A stretch of DNA of 63,971 nucleotides, counting the filler, from an uncultured bacterium (lineage in GTDB: Bacteria > Hinthialibacterota > Hinthialibacteria > Hinthialibacterales > Hinthialibacteraceae): NCBI GenBank assembly GCA_964449065.1. It is 3 parts of 3 records of this genome, joined end to end, with 100 filler letters (N's around TTAATTAATTAA, not from the genome) between each part and the next. Parts side by side here need not be neighbours in the genome. Positions count along the whole stretch, not along the records: positions 1 to 23,279 come from CAYVAZ010000032.1; 2 more parts are not named here. One strand, given 5' to 3'. The translations under genes were made by a program, and so were the position numbers. A model generated the notes under the pieces. The model was not told where the DNA came from, ran no database searches, and saw only the letters and a list, made by a program, of their open reading frames with translations. Each line of letters starts with the position of its first letter. Position 1 is the first letter of the stretch. Below, piece after piece: positions 9,484 through 19,060 of the stretch.

Positions 9484-10712
9484 GATGTTTCCTTTGTAGT
9501 TAAAGATGGAGACAAGACAGAAATTTTATTTGGGAAATAAGCGGTCTTTGTCTTTTGATCTCTAAGTCCTTTGTATCCGTCTAAAAAGTTGTGCAGCACA
9601 GCATAATCCACATCACATTCAATATAATTTTTTCCGGCTTGGATTTTCGCATCTTCAGGCAAAAATACGGATGGAATGATAGAAACAATTGCCGCATACT
9701 GACCGTTATTAAAACGATGAATATGAATAAAAAGAGGACTCGATCTGCGATCTATTGGAGGCTTACTTTTATCTGTAGATACCGGCTTAAAGTCAGCCTT
9801 ATTATTTGTTGACGAAAAGAAATAATTATGCGGCAATCCAAACACGATGCGTTTTGGGGGATCCGTTACGCTTTCATGATTTGAAACCTTTTGCGCGATA
9901 TCATGATCTTCAGGGAAATTTTTTTCTGCATCCTGACCGTTTATGTTTACCTTCCCGTTCGACCCCCAACTGCGGTACAACTGCATAGTCTCTCCAATTT
10001 GATTGAGTAAATGAAGTGCATTATCTCCAGATTTTATGAGGTCAATTCTTGTATATTTACTAAATGCTGTGTATTCAGGCAGTTTACCCAATAATTCATT
10101 ATTATTCTGAAACAATGATTTGATTTGTTGAATTAAATCTGCATTATTCGCTGGGCAGGAATATACTTCTTTACCGTTTTCTTGCAGCGACTGTAAAGTT
10201 ACACTGCCATATCCTTTGCGGGCTTTGCTCCCCAACCCCCCAAGCAAACCCAATACTTGCAATGAAACTTTGACATCATTCGGAATGACTTTTTTACTGC
10301 ATATTTTGACTATGAATTCCTGATCTTCATTGATACAAGTGCGTGTCAATTGCCCTTTTTTTGTATTTCTTTTATTGCTTCCAAAAGCCTCACATACACC
10401 ATAACCCAAATACAACAAGCCGTTGCTGTTGGCTAATTTATCATGGACGCTTCCAGTCTTTCTTAATGTATATTCTTTATTTTGCAAACTGAATATTAGG
10501 TCCGCTTGCTTTTTCGTTGAACCGAAAATCTCCTCTTCTTCCCTTTTAATCTTTTCCAAGTCGCCATTCAACCGTCCATCCGCCAGCGCTCTCCACCAGA
10601 AGCGCAGTACTCCCTTGAAACTAGACAAGCGCAGTTCTGAATCGCCCTTGGGTTCAGCCCCTCCAATAAACATCGGTGTGTTGATATGGTAGGTCGCTTC
10701 AATCGTCTGCAT
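9480..10712 (-). CDS. cmr1: Type III-B RAMP Cmr1
   Basis: TPMFIGGA, ELR.SSFKGVLRFWWRA, GGLGSKARKGYGS, FGLPH, RRSSPL. Confidence 0.95.
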   Translation of the reverse strand: MQTIEATYHINTPMFIGGAEPKGDSELRLSSFKGVLRFWWRALADGRLNGDLEKIKREEEEIFGSTKKQADLIFSLQNKEYTLRKTGSVHDKLANSNGLLYLGYGVCEAFGSNKRNTKKGQLTRTCINEDQEFIVKICSKKVIPNDVKVSLQVLGLLGGLGSKARKGYGSVTLQSLQENGKEVYSCPANNADLIQQIKSLFQNNNELLGKLPEYTAFSKYTRIDLIKSGDNALHLLNQIGETMQLYRSWGSNGKVNINGQDAEKNFPEDHDIAQKVSNHESVTDPPKRIVFGLPHNYFFSSTNNKADFKPVSTDKSKPPIDRRSSPLFIHIHRFNNGQYAAIVSIIPSVFLPEDAKIQAGKNYIECDVDYAVLHNFLDGYKGLRDQKTKTAYFPNKISVLSPSLTTKETS

Positions 10713-12420
10713 CGTTATCTCCTTCTTCCTTGTCTAACCAGGTAATTTCACTTAATTTATAAGGATCATTGCGCTGTTCTTTTGGAACTCTCGAATCGAT
10801 TAAAATACATCGGCGAGTAGGCCGGTTATAACGTTGGGCTTTTTCTATCACTCGCTGGACGATGACACCCATGATGGTGGTTCCACCAGTCAGATTGCCA
10901 ACTACTTCATCCGCGTCAATGAGCATTTTTTTATGATTTTCAAGAATTCTAATGATTTCTTTTTCATCATACTGATTGGGATTATTCATAACAAAACACT
11001 GTACATTTTTTTCTTGAAACTCCGCATGACTGATGGCTTCCTGAATGTATGGTTCGGATTGAGATGAACATATCACAAGGCAATAATCCGGGTTTGTTTG
11101 CTTGACCGCGGAATAAAGCACGCCAGGGCTCAAACCTTGCGGCGTGATTAAGAGACGTCCTTTGCCGCCGCCAAAACGTGGGAACTCAATTTCATTATTA
11201 CGTAACCGCTCAAAAGACTCTCTGATTCTGTCTAATTGACTGGGCGGGAATTTCATTCTCTGCTCACGCATTCCATGATGATGCAGAGAATTACGGAGTT
11301 CTGATAACTGGCTCCAGAAATCACCCCATGTTTTTATTTTGGCGTCATCATATTTTTCTTGAGATAGAGACTTTAATAGCCCCAGTTGCCGCTCTGCTTT
11401 GATTCTCTCATCCCGTTTCAACCAGTTCGAATGATCTCCAGTATGAAAAACAACCCATGAAACTACCCATTCGCGCATTAAACCTAAAGCAAGAGGCATT
11501 TGACTACGCTCTAAATACAGATCAATCAAATTGGCCTGACGCTCTAATTCATTCTTGTCCAAACAAGTTGGCGAGTTTGATCCAAACCGTCCAATATCTC
11601 TCTGAATTGCTTCGTTTAAATCATCCGCCAGTGGAACATGTTTTTTTAATAGTTCTACAAATTCATCATTCAAAACTAATTGAAGCGTAGTGCTGATTTC
11701 TCCTATCTCGATTGGCATGCCTGATTCATAAGCATAGGTAATCTCTTCAAAAGGTTTCTTCAATTTATCAAAGGGAGACGCTTTTTTATGAATATCTTGA
11801 TCATCATTTTTCAATCTCGCATCCTGATGAATTTTTTTTGAATGTTTATCAATCATCTGCTGCATGGCCCGCGCCGATCCCGTTTCACGAAACATGCGGA
11901 TGGCATAGAACCATTCCGGCAATTCTAAAAGTGGTTGAAGATTGAGAATGGGTCGAGGCGATTCATAATCCGAAACTTCCAACTTGCCATAATACGCCCC
12001 TTTGATCTCAATATCTTTCAATGAACGTAAATACAAAGCCAACGCATATAAAATAAACGGAAAGTGTCGAAACCCTTGTGTTACATCCAGCGTGATCGAT
12101 GAGCCTTTGGGAAAACGAATGGCGACTTTCTCTAGAATTTCGCTGATCTCAGATTCATCTTTGCCATCAGGGATATCAATTTTCTCCAGAGAAAATTCAT
12201 TCGCCTCTCGCTCAAAAACTGGCCAGGATGAATTTAACGCCACTTTGGTAACCAAAACCAAGATGGAATCGATGGGATCGGGATGCAATTGTTGAGTCAA
12301 GTACTTGATTGTCGCGAGCGGGGCCAAATGCGCCTGATAGACAGTATCGTTGATTCGATATGGATACTTTGTATCTGCTTTTCCTTTTCCAAGCGCGGTT
12401 AAAAATATGTGCTGATTCAT
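10699..12420 (-). CDS. csx1: Csx1-like CARF-HEPN ribonuclease with an additional C-terminal CARF-like domain
   Basis: FLTALG, IPDG, DVTQGFRHFP, YYGKLE; HEPN RNSLHH; C-terminal TPQGLSPG...NLTGGT. Confidence 0.8.
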   Translation of the reverse strand: MNQHIFLTALGKGKADTKYPYRINDTVYQAHLAPLATIKYLTQQLHPDPIDSILVLVTKVALNSSWPVFEREANEFSLEKIDIPDGKDESEISEILEKVAIRFPKGSSITLDVTQGFRHFPFILYALALYLRSLKDIEIKGAYYGKLEVSDYESPRPILNLQPLLELPEWFYAIRMFRETGSARAMQQMIDKHSKKIHQDARLKNDDQDIHKKASPFDKLKKPFEEITYAYESGMPIEIGEISTTLQLVLNDEFVELLKKHVPLADDLNEAIQRDIGRFGSNSPTCLDKNELERQANLIDLYLERSQMPLALGLMREWVVSWVVFHTGDHSNWLKRDERIKAERQLGLLKSLSQEKYDDAKIKTWGDFWSQLSELRNSLHHHGMREQRMKFPPSQLDRIRESFERLRNNEIEFPRFGGGKGRLLITPQGLSPGVLYSAVKQTNPDYCLVICSSQSEPYIQEAISHAEFQEKNVQCFVMNNPNQYDEKEIIRILENHKKMLIDADEVVGNLTGGTTIMGVIVQRVIEKAQRYNRPTRRCILIDSRVPKEQRNDPYKLSEITWLDKEEGDNDADD

Positions 12421-12484
12421 TGTGGAGCTCCTATATTTATGAAACTGGAACCGAGTTGTCCAGATTTATGGGCCCTGCCTCTTT

Positions 12485-14029
12485 TTACATATTGTGCAGA
12501 GAGGCGAATATCCCAAATCCACAATGCCGCCCCGCGCCAATGGCAATAGGGCCGGGGACTTTAAGCCCATCTTTGAAACGGAGGGTGAGATGCACAGCGG
12601 TTTGAGTAAGTAAATGATCGGGACGGAAGTAACCCGCTGGTTTTCCGTCTTTACCATATTTGTGTGAAGAGTAAGACTTGCGAAATCTTGAGAATGTGCT
12701 CCATTCAAAATCACAGGCCTGTTCAATGCCGGATTGGAAAAGGACTTTTTCGATCAGTTTTTGTGTCTTTCCCGGTTTGTGATCGTCAAAACCGGGTAGG
12801 ATTACTGGCGTGACACTAGCCCATTCATTCGCTTCACTTGTATAACAACGAGTGACTCCATCCCCTTTAGGCGGCATAGGAACAAGAATCGGAGGTTCAT
12901 CGCCGCCAAACTCAACGCCCTTGATTGGATCTGGCCTAAGCGCCGTCCCTGCCAGTCGTCGAGTAATTTGATCAAGCCATTCTTCATCGCCCACAGGCGC
13001 AGAAATCATCACGCGCCTTACTCCAGGATCGGCGTATTCATGACCTACAGAAGGCAGCGGTATATAGGAGAGTTGACGATGATTGGATCGGTTGCCGTTG
13101 TTAATGTGTCCAGCGATGTATGTTTCAGCCCAGTCTTCGTCAACACCAGAAGGGCGATTGCCAGGAAGGCGCATCGCCTCAATTGCAAGATGACGCACCA
13201 TGCCCGCGATATGAATGAGCTTTCGATGAGGATATCGAAAACGCGACCCATTCGTATTGCGAAGTTCAAAAATGCGGCAAGGACGCTGGAGAGGCTGATT
13301 TTGACAACGATACTGAATGACGTCAAACACGCGCAAAGGTGGAACAGGACGAAAGCCGTCTTTTGATACGCGGTTCAAAAAATCAGTGTGCTTGCGGATG
13401 AGATCGTCAAGCGTTCCTGGTTTTGGCGTACGAAGTGGAACTCCGCCAAGGGGAGAGGGACGCCAGCGCAAGCCTGGCAATGCAGCAACTTGCTCGCGCG
13501 TGATTATACTGGCGTCGCCAACTGCCATATCGACGCCCCAACCCAGGTGCGTAATGGATCGCGCAGCACTCGTTAATATATCCAGATATGGACATTGACC
13601 GTCGGGGAGGAGATATAAATATTGAATAGCATCGCAATGTTGGTTTGTGTAATCCAATCGGGTAGACAATATGGTTTTCATTGTTTTCAAGTCAATGGGA
13701 CGGTGTGGCTTGATAGGTTCACTCCCTCTAGCCCATACATGTGCTGGAGAATCCCAGTCGTTATTTGGTACGGCGATTTGAAACGGAATACCAAAGTGAT
13801 AAGTTGGCGTGACAATAAGAACCGGGGGAATCATTTCGATCCACGTTAGCATTGGCTTAGCCCAATCGATAAACTGTGATTCCCGCCACTGGGAGGCAGC
13901 GGAATCGACAAGCGACTGAAAAAGTCGTAGTGGTGATGGAGGCCATTCAGGTTGACTATCGTCTCTTTGTCCGTGGAAAGCAGATGCCGGATCAAGAAAA
14001 CGAATGTTAATGCAAAGAAATTCTGACAT
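12485..14029 (-). CDS. csb2: Type I-G Csb2 (Cas5/Cas6-like fusion)
   Basis: FHG...EWPPSPLRLFQSLV, VPNND, LGWGVDM, YIPLPSVGH, WASVTP, GPIAIGAGRHCGFG. Confidence 0.93.
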   Translation of the reverse strand: MSEFLCINIRFLDPASAFHGQRDDSQPEWPPSPLRLFQSLVDSAASQWRESQFIDWAKPMLTWIEMIPPVLIVTPTYHFGIPFQIAVPNNDWDSPAHVWARGSEPIKPHRPIDLKTMKTILSTRLDYTNQHCDAIQYLYLLPDGQCPYLDILTSAARSITHLGWGVDMAVGDASIITREQVAALPGLRWRPSPLGGVPLRTPKPGTLDDLIRKHTDFLNRVSKDGFRPVPPLRVFDVIQYRCQNQPLQRPCRIFELRNTNGSRFRYPHRKLIHIAGMVRHLAIEAMRLPGNRPSGVDEDWAETYIAGHINNGNRSNHRQLSYIPLPSVGHEYADPGVRRVMISAPVGDEEWLDQITRRLAGTALRPDPIKGVEFGGDEPPILVPMPPKGDGVTRCYTSEANEWASVTPVILPGFDDHKPGKTQKLIEKVLFQSGIEQACDFEWSTFSRFRKSYSSHKYGKDGKPAGYFRPDHLLTQTAVHLTLRFKDGLKVPGPIAIGAGRHCGFGIFASLHNM

Positions 14030-14040
14030 GGCGGACTCCA

Positions 14041-15318
14041 CTATTTTTTAGAAGTAATACTAATTGCTACACCATTCTTAACTTCAAGATCGACTTTCGC
14101 TCCGACTTTAATGATAGTTTCAAATCTCGCAATATCTTTTCCCTTTTTGATCACAGTTTCTGAATTCGTGCCAATTTCAAAATCTTTCTTCTTGAACTTG
14201 ACTTTAAACGCGTTGTTTTCACTATCAACTGATATCACTTCACTACCGTTCATTTTTTCCGGTTTTGCCGCATTAGCTTTCTCGGCGATCGAAGCATCAA
14301 ACGGCTTTTCTTCCCCTGATTGGATACCGAACTGATTCATTGCTTCATGTGCGTATTCAACGGCATCTTTGTGGAGAAGAGTATAATCAACTCGAGTCCC
14401 ATCGATGTTGACCAGTTTAAACTCACATCCTTTATCCGTGTCGGGAACAAGATTACATCCTTGTCTAAGGAAAGGATCTATTGGAGCTGTAAGTGAAACG
14501 AGAGAAAGACCAAGGATATACCGACGCAGTGACTTCGTCTTGTCCAAATTTAAACTCCCACTGGCATCAAGGACAGAAAGTCGTCGAAGCGCAGCAAGCG
14601 CGATTGTAGTATCCCGACGTATATAGCCGTTGGGCGCCAGTTGTACTCCACCGGGAGCTTTTGACTCAAGCGCGTTCGCAAAACCATCTTTTGATTCCGC
14701 CCCAGGTAGGATTTCCAGTTTCGCAAGGTCGATGGTCATTTGAGTTAGGAAATTTGCTGATCGTGTGAGGTTTCGAACATTAAATGCACGGATCGTGGAA
14801 GAGAAGAGCCGTGGAATTTTCGCTTGCGTATCGCGCGAATCCCATACTCCAAACACTAAGGAAGTGGGGGCAATTTTAGCTAAATTTTCATAATTACCGC
14901 GTTGCACCTCTTGAAATGCTTTTCTCAAATCTTTTTCAAATGCTGAGCAGCGTATTATCGCATCAGCGGCTCTATGATTGGCATGGAGCCAATTAATTCG
15001 AATACCTTTAGATGGAAATATAACAAAGTTTTGTGGTACAAGTTCAGAGTATTTATTATCCGCAAAAAATGGCTCGATTCGATTCGCTTGTGACCCCACA
15101 CTGTCCACAAGGCACACGTTTGTCCCATCAGAAAAAAAGTCGATATTGTACCCTCCTTGGAATTTTTCCTTGTCTTTATCAGAGCCTGGTTGAGCCGCAT
15201 AAGTAGCTGGGAAAAATACGCCATCAGCTCCTTCGATGGGAATCAAATGCTCACGAATTACAAGTGCAGCAGGTCCGTTAGATTGAAACCATTCATCATA
15301 CTTCGTTATATCAATCAT
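14041..15318 (-). CDS. cas7: Type I-G Cas7 (Csb1) with C-terminal extension
   Basis: FFPATYA, VDSVGSQANRIE, HRAADA, PTSLVFGVWDSR, LRQGCNL. Confidence 0.93.
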   Translation of the reverse strand: MIDITKYDEWFQSNGPAALVIREHLIPIEGADGVFFPATYAAQPGSDKDKEKFQGGYNIDFFSDGTNVCLVDSVGSQANRIEPFFADNKYSELVPQNFVIFPSKGIRINWLHANHRAADAIIRCSAFEKDLRKAFQEVQRGNYENLAKIAPTSLVFGVWDSRDTQAKIPRLFSSTIRAFNVRNLTRSANFLTQMTIDLAKLEILPGAESKDGFANALESKAPGGVQLAPNGYIRRDTTIALAALRRLSVLDASGSLNLDKTKSLRRYILGLSLVSLTAPIDPFLRQGCNLVPDTDKGCEFKLVNIDGTRVDYTLLHKDAVEYAHEAMNQFGIQSGEEKPFDASIAEKANAAKPEKMNGSEVISVDSENNAFKVKFKKKDFEIGTNSETVIKKGKDIARFETIIKVGAKVDLEVKNGVAISITSKK

Positions 15319-16147
15319 TGTTTTCTCCTAACATTTCTAAATATGCGTAATTTAGCGCTGAATATTGACCACGATTCGTTATTGAAGTCCGGTAGCATGA
15401 TGTAAACCTATCTGTAATAAAACCAGTCATTGCTGCTGATGCAATAAATGGGGAATATGGTCTATGCCATGTATAGTATTTGAATTTATCTCGGCTATTG
15501 TTAACTTTAGGTCTAAATCGTTGTAATCCGATTGCAGCAAACAATTCGGTCGCTGGAGAAGATTCAACTTCATAACTTTGTTCATTTGGTGAAAACCCAA
15601 CATCCAACGCATTCCACGCAGGACCAGGATCAAAACCAAATCTACCTTTTTGAAGCAGGCGTAGTGAGAACAATCCAGTTAATTGTTCTAAAGATATCTT
15701 AATTAATTGCTTTTCTAATCCACGCATTAATGAAGACCAAATTCTTAACGATGTTTGTTGTCCAGACCAAAAGTTCCAAGGAGGATTAGGAGAAATTTTA
15801 ATTACACCATTGCTCGTGGTGATGCGCGTCCAAGCATCAAGAATGAATTCAGTTCTTGCCCCATTTCCAAAATTAAAAGCGAGTGGTGCAATTATAGGTT
15901 TGATTTCTAAACTACTGCATTCTAAACGTTCAATTGCGCTTGGTGGATTAGCCACTAGCATTTCCAATAGTTCTATAAGCGTCCCGTTCTTGCACTCCAT
16001 GCGGAACTCCCCTGCATCCTCAGAAAACCACCCTTCGGCGCCGGGCCAGAGGCGGTCGGCGAGTTCGAGCAGGCCGCAGCAGGCGAAAAACTGGCCAGGG
16101 TTGGTTACATCGACTTTCACGCGAATGTTTGGTTCGTGAGCATTCAT
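15311..16147 (-). CDS. Type I-G short large subunit (Cas8g2/Csb3-like)
   Basis: NPGQFFACCGLLELA, WSGQ, LDVGFSPN, ELFAAIGLQRFRP; lies between cas3 and cas7. Confidence 0.8.
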   Translation of the reverse strand: MNAHEPNIRVKVDVTNPGQFFACCGLLELADRLWPGAEGWFSEDAGEFRMECKNGTLIELLEMLVANPPSAIERLECSSLEIKPIIAPLAFNFGNGARTEFILDAWTRITTSNGVIKISPNPPWNFWSGQQTSLRIWSSLMRGLEKQLIKISLEQLTGLFSLRLLQKGRFGFDPGPAWNALDVGFSPNEQSYEVESSPATELFAAIGLQRFRPKVNNSRDKFKYYTWHRPYSPFIASAAMTGFITDRFTSCYRTSITNRGQYSALNYAYLEMLGENND

Positions 16148-18762
16148 GACGCGGCCTCCTTTTCTTCTTCGTCATCACTGACGGATGGGTTAGCGCTGGC
16201 GGCGTAATCAGCCGCGCGTAATAGCGATTCCAAATACGCCAGCCCCCATCGCCCGTATTTGCGCTGTAAGCGGGCGAAGCGACGCATGGCTTCGATAGAA
16301 ACGCCTGTTGATTCCTCATTGGAATATTCAGGGTCGTATGCATTTTCCATTGGGAAATGGGGCCTTGCATACCCGTGATGAGAAGCGATCAAGTGAAGAA
16401 CGACATCCTGCATATCTGGATTTAATTTTTCATACTCGGCGTAGAATGGTTTTTCAGGATTCAAAATATCCAACAATGAGCCAAACTCGTGGCGGTAATT
16501 CGGGCAACTATTTAGTCCGACCCATTTTTTGTCTGACTTTGCGTAAGGCTCATTGGGATTGGGGTTGCCAATGCTTCGTTGCCAGATTTCTCGCTGTTTT
16601 CCTACGTCATGCCATTTTGCCGCGAGAGTAACGGCGTTTTTCAGTTCTTCGGTTAGAACAAGTTTATCTACATTATTTTTCGCGATTTCTTCAACTTGTT
16701 TGATATGGCTGCCTAAACGAACGAGAACCGACGATGTTTTGGTTAAATCGTCGTCAGACGAACGCGGACGAACATACCAATACCAGAAGCGCTTGGGAGA
16801 TGAATCATCATCATCACCGTCCCGCTCATCCGCATCAGGTTTTGCGTCAATCGTGCGAACCAGCCTCATCCCTATTGGAGGCTCTGCTTTGCGTGACGCG
16901 CTCCATTTCCTCTCACGACGATATTGTTTCTTTTCATCCTCCCATTGATCAGAAATATCATATTGAAGGGCTTCATTGTGTTGAGTATTGCCATCTAACG
17001 TTCCTGACTTGGTCAGGCCGCCAATGGATGGAGGCAGGAGAACTGTTGCGTTTGTGATCTCTTTTTTAATCGCTTCTTTCTTTCTGTCTTCGGTTAGTGT
17101 TCTAAGTGTAGTGATAAATATTTCATTTTGTACGCTGATGATCCATACGGGGGATTTTGGGTTGCTTTTTGCCAGCATCAGCAAGGAATCTGCGATCCGG
17201 TCGCTCTGGTCGCGTAAAAGTTCATGCGGCTTGAGCGGAAAATCCTCCAGCAGGTCAACCGGCGGATAGAGTTCAAGCAGCTCCTCACCAATGATTTCGA
17301 CTTCCTCCCGCCAAGCAACGTGTGTATCTGGAGGCTGCCATTCAGAGATTCCGTGCAGGTATGGCTCAACAGGCGGACGGCCCGGCATCTTGCCGCGGAT
17401 CGTCGTTAGAGACCATGCGTCAAACAAAATGTCCGTAACGGGAAGAATGGTTGGCGCAGGGGTAAAGGCGTCGGCTTTGTCGTTCGCGTCGAGGCCATTC
17501 AATGCCAACGGACTTGCATCAAAATTATTTTCTACTCTCGGTAATTTCTGAATGAGTTCTAAGGTTTTGTGTCTTTGTTTATCATATACCTTCTCTTTGA
17601 TTTCCTTTGTTTTTTTATCGAGTTTTCCGAACGATTGAGGATGTACGACATCAATCTTCGCACTTCCTTCGCCATACCGATTCACGCGGCCCAGGCGCTG
17701 CGCCATGCTGTCAAACGGCGTGAGGTCGCAAACCATGTGATCGGCGGAGATGTCGATGCCAACTTCACCTGCGGAGGTACAAATGAGATATACCGTCTCA
17801 CCTGGATCAGGATTTTGGAGAAAACTCTTAAATTCAATTGTTTTAACCAGTTCGTCGCGTTCCTTTCCCCGCATGGTTCCTGTCAGCAATATGGTTTTCT
17901 TCTTTGTCTTCTTTTGTAGTTCCTTTTCAATCTCCACAACATCTTTTACTTCCTTGGCGAACACAATTACGGCGACGTTTTGGTCTTTGTATACTTCAGC
18001 GGCCTTTACAATCTCAGAAGGTACTTTATTTTCAGCATCAACCGATATCAGGCTTAACTGCTTATGCGCCTCAATCCTTTTCTTGACCTCTAGATGCGTA
18101 TAGTCGTCAGGCGTGAGAGAAAACGGCAGATCATCTCTTCCGTTTCGTCCCGTCGCAGTCAACTGCATTACGCGTAGATTAGGCCAATGTAAATGACTTT
18201 TATCTTTGCGTTCGCGTTCCTGCTCTGATTCGATGGCGTCAATCAGTTCCTGAAAGGCTGGTTCAAGATGCGCTTCATCGTGAATGAGCAGCGCGTCTTG
18301 CCCGAGAAAGCCTGCGAACAGGGGACGGGTTTTGAATCCCGCCCGATAGCCGTTAAACAAGAGGCGGCTGCCAATCATATCCACTGTGCCGCAGATAATT
18401 GCAGGCCGTGAAGGATCGGCTGACCAATCACGATTGTCAGCAAATTGGCCTCGTAGGGTGCTTATGCCAAGGTTTTCGATTCCAATATTTTTAGCATTGT
18501 CGCGTAGATTTATTGCTTCGTTCGTTGTTTGGTCTACGACAGTGCGTCGATTCACAACATAGACAAGCCGCCGCGGGACATCCAATTTGTTAGCAAGAGC
18601 AATTAACCAAATCGCGATGACGTTTGTTTTTCCCAATCCGGTTGGTAAGTTGCAGCAATGAGGTATGTCCTGCAGTTCAAAGCGCCGATAAAGTTTTTCT
18701 TGCCAAGGGAATGGTTTGTGTTTTGTCAGCTGATAAAATGCATCGCAAAAGTCCATGTTCAT
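16144..18762 (-). CDS. cas3: Type I-G Cas3 helicase with C-terminal HD nuclease
   Basis: PFPWQ, PTGLGKT, YVVNRRTVVDQ, DEAH, QRLGRVNRYG; C-terminal WHDVGK, RHE, SHHG, RAAD. Confidence 0.95.
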   Translation of the reverse strand: MNMDFCDAFYQLTKHKPFPWQEKLYRRFELQDIPHCCNLPTGLGKTNVIAIWLIALANKLDVPRRLVYVVNRRTVVDQTTNEAINLRDNAKNIGIENLGISTLRGQFADNRDWSADPSRPAIICGTVDMIGSRLLFNGYRAGFKTRPLFAGFLGQDALLIHDEAHLEPAFQELIDAIESEQERERKDKSHLHWPNLRVMQLTATGRNGRDDLPFSLTPDDYTHLEVKKRIEAHKQLSLISVDAENKVPSEIVKAAEVYKDQNVAVIVFAKEVKDVVEIEKELQKKTKKKTILLTGTMRGKERDELVKTIEFKSFLQNPDPGETVYLICTSAGEVGIDISADHMVCDLTPFDSMAQRLGRVNRYGEGSAKIDVVHPQSFGKLDKKTKEIKEKVYDKQRHKTLELIQKLPRVENNFDASPLALNGLDANDKADAFTPAPTILPVTDILFDAWSLTTIRGKMPGRPPVEPYLHGISEWQPPDTHVAWREEVEIIGEELLELYPPVDLLEDFPLKPHELLRDQSDRIADSLLMLAKSNPKSPVWIISVQNEIFITTLRTLTEDRKKEAIKKEITNATVLLPPSIGGLTKSGTLDGNTQHNEALQYDISDQWEDEKKQYRRERKWSASRKAEPPIGMRLVRTIDAKPDADERDGDDDDSSPKRFWYWYVRPRSSDDDLTKTSSVLVRLGSHIKQVEEIAKNNVDKLVLTEELKNAVTLAAKWHDVGKQREIWQRSIGNPNPNEPYAKSDKKWVGLNSCPNYRHEFGSLLDILNPEKPFYAEYEKLNPDMQDVVLHLIASHHGYARPHFPMENAYDPEYSNEESTGVSIEAMRRFARLQRKYGRWGLAYLESLLRAADYAASANPSVSDDEEEKEAAS

Positions 18763-19060
18763 CCCCGTCTCAAATTTTAAATGATTCTACACCTCACCCC
18801 TGACAACCACTGTCACCCGATTTTCAAAACCCAACACAAAAAAGCAATCAAACCATCCACTAAATTTCACATCATCAATTACAACTTCACCATATTGTTG
18901 TAAATTTAACGAGCGAGCGCAAGGTTTAGTCGATTTAATTATGTGATTGGAGTGATCTGTATGGTCTTGGTTGAATTGGATATCGCAGTAGTAGATCGAA
19001 TATGGATGAACGAGATAAGCGAGGAATGGTTATGGTTACTGTGGGGTATGGTAATTAAAT

